DNA of 50,189 nucleotides from an uncultured Candidatus Saccharibacteria bacterium (GTDB lineage Bacteria; Patescibacteriota; Minisyncoccia; Phycocordibacterales; UBA2100): NCBI GenBank assembly GCA_964419595.1, contig CAYQQI010000001.1, positions 1 to 50,189 of the forward strand, read 5' to 3'. Shown piece by piece: positions 49,948 to 50,189 of this stretch (position 1 is its first letter; each line of letters starts with the position of its first letter). The notes under the pieces were generated by a model. It saw only the letters and a program-made list of their open reading frames with translations, ran no database searches and was not told where the DNA came from. The position numbers and the translations under genes were made by a program.

Positions 49948-50189
49948 ATGAAACAAGTCGTAGCAGTTGCAGGTCCGGCAGGCAGCGGTAAGGATTCCGT
50001 TATTCGCGGCGTACTTGCACGGTGCCCCAATACCGTATTTCTTACCAATGCCACCACTCGTGCACCGCGACCGGGAGAGGAGAACGGTGTGAACTACTAC
50101 TTCCTTACGAAGGAGGAATTTACGACGGAGCTCGAGAGCGGCAATATTCTCGAGCACTACCACCGCCCGGACACGGATACGTATTACGG
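49948..50189 (+). CDS. gmk: guanylate kinase-like P-loop kinase (3'-truncated by the window end)
   Basis: The ATG is at 49948. It reads MKQVVAVAGPAGSGKDSVIRGVL...TTRAPRPGEENGVNYYFLTKEEF...GNILEH. The GxxGxGK P-loop and TTR.PR.GE..G..Y.F are GMP-kinase hallmarks. Confidence 0.65.
   Translation, partial: MKQVVAVAGPAGSGKDSVIRGVLARCPNTVFLTNATTRAPRPGEENGVNYYFLTKEEFTTELESGNILEHYHRPDTDTYY

Noticed and set aside
49819-50163. 114-aa minus-strand ORF after secY
   Set aside because: The plus strand from ATG 49948 encodes a clear P-loop/GMP-kinase N-terminus (GPAGSGK...TTRAPRPGE). The minus ORF is its antisense shadow.
1-50189. CRISPR arrays, rRNA and tRNA genes
   Set aside because: I found no regularly spaced direct repeats. 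I found no cloverleaf-like or rRNA-like segments in the intergenic regions I read (1895-2056, 5460-5521, 18611-18732, 24800-24879, 39071-39709, 43572-43753, 45737-45943, 49780-49947). A tRNAscan or Infernal run would be needed for certainty.

Overview
This is a bacterial chromosomal window with four parts. (1) 1-5.05 kb holds small conserved-unknown genes: two YCII-like paralogs, DUF924-, DUF4260- and DUF1697-like genes, and a Zn-ribbon protein. (2) rpsJ (5097-5459) stands alone with its own terminator. (3) A roughly 31 kb accessory island (5.5-36.4 kb) sits between rpsJ and rplC, which are normally adjacent. (4) The rest of the S10/spc ribosomal-protein cluster runs from rplC to secY. It is interrupted twice more, at rplB|rpsS and at rplE|rpsN, and a partial guanylate-kinase-like gene follows. 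The island is the main result. It carries three YcaO cyclodehydratase-like genes, each paired with a SagB-type (nitroreductase-fold) dehydrogenase. It also encodes two homologous small proteins with an N-terminal signal/anchor helix and a C-terminal Cys/Gly/Ser/Asp-only tail, which are candidate azol(in)e RiPP precursors. The accessory set is unusual and mostly duplicated: two HTTM/vitamin-K-carboxylase-like membrane proteins each coupled to a small TM protein, two PaaK/F390-synthetase-like adenylating enzymes, a PP-loop ATPase, two phosphoribosyltransferase::beta-propeller fusions, three Cys/His-rich membrane-anchored paralogs, three membrane-anchored TPR paralogs, a rhodanese, a DsbA-like protein and a membrane protein with an intramembrane CxxC. 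I recognised no E1-like/ThiF-like/RRE partner, leader peptidase, ABC exporter, integrase or transposase. L30 is absent between rpsE and rplO, and core genes use Shine-Dalgarno-poor 'tATG' starts; both fit a CPR/Patescibacteria-like lineage, but that is inference. All functional calls come from motif recognition by eye on the supplied translations. No database search was run. I found no tRNA, rRNA or CRISPR array.
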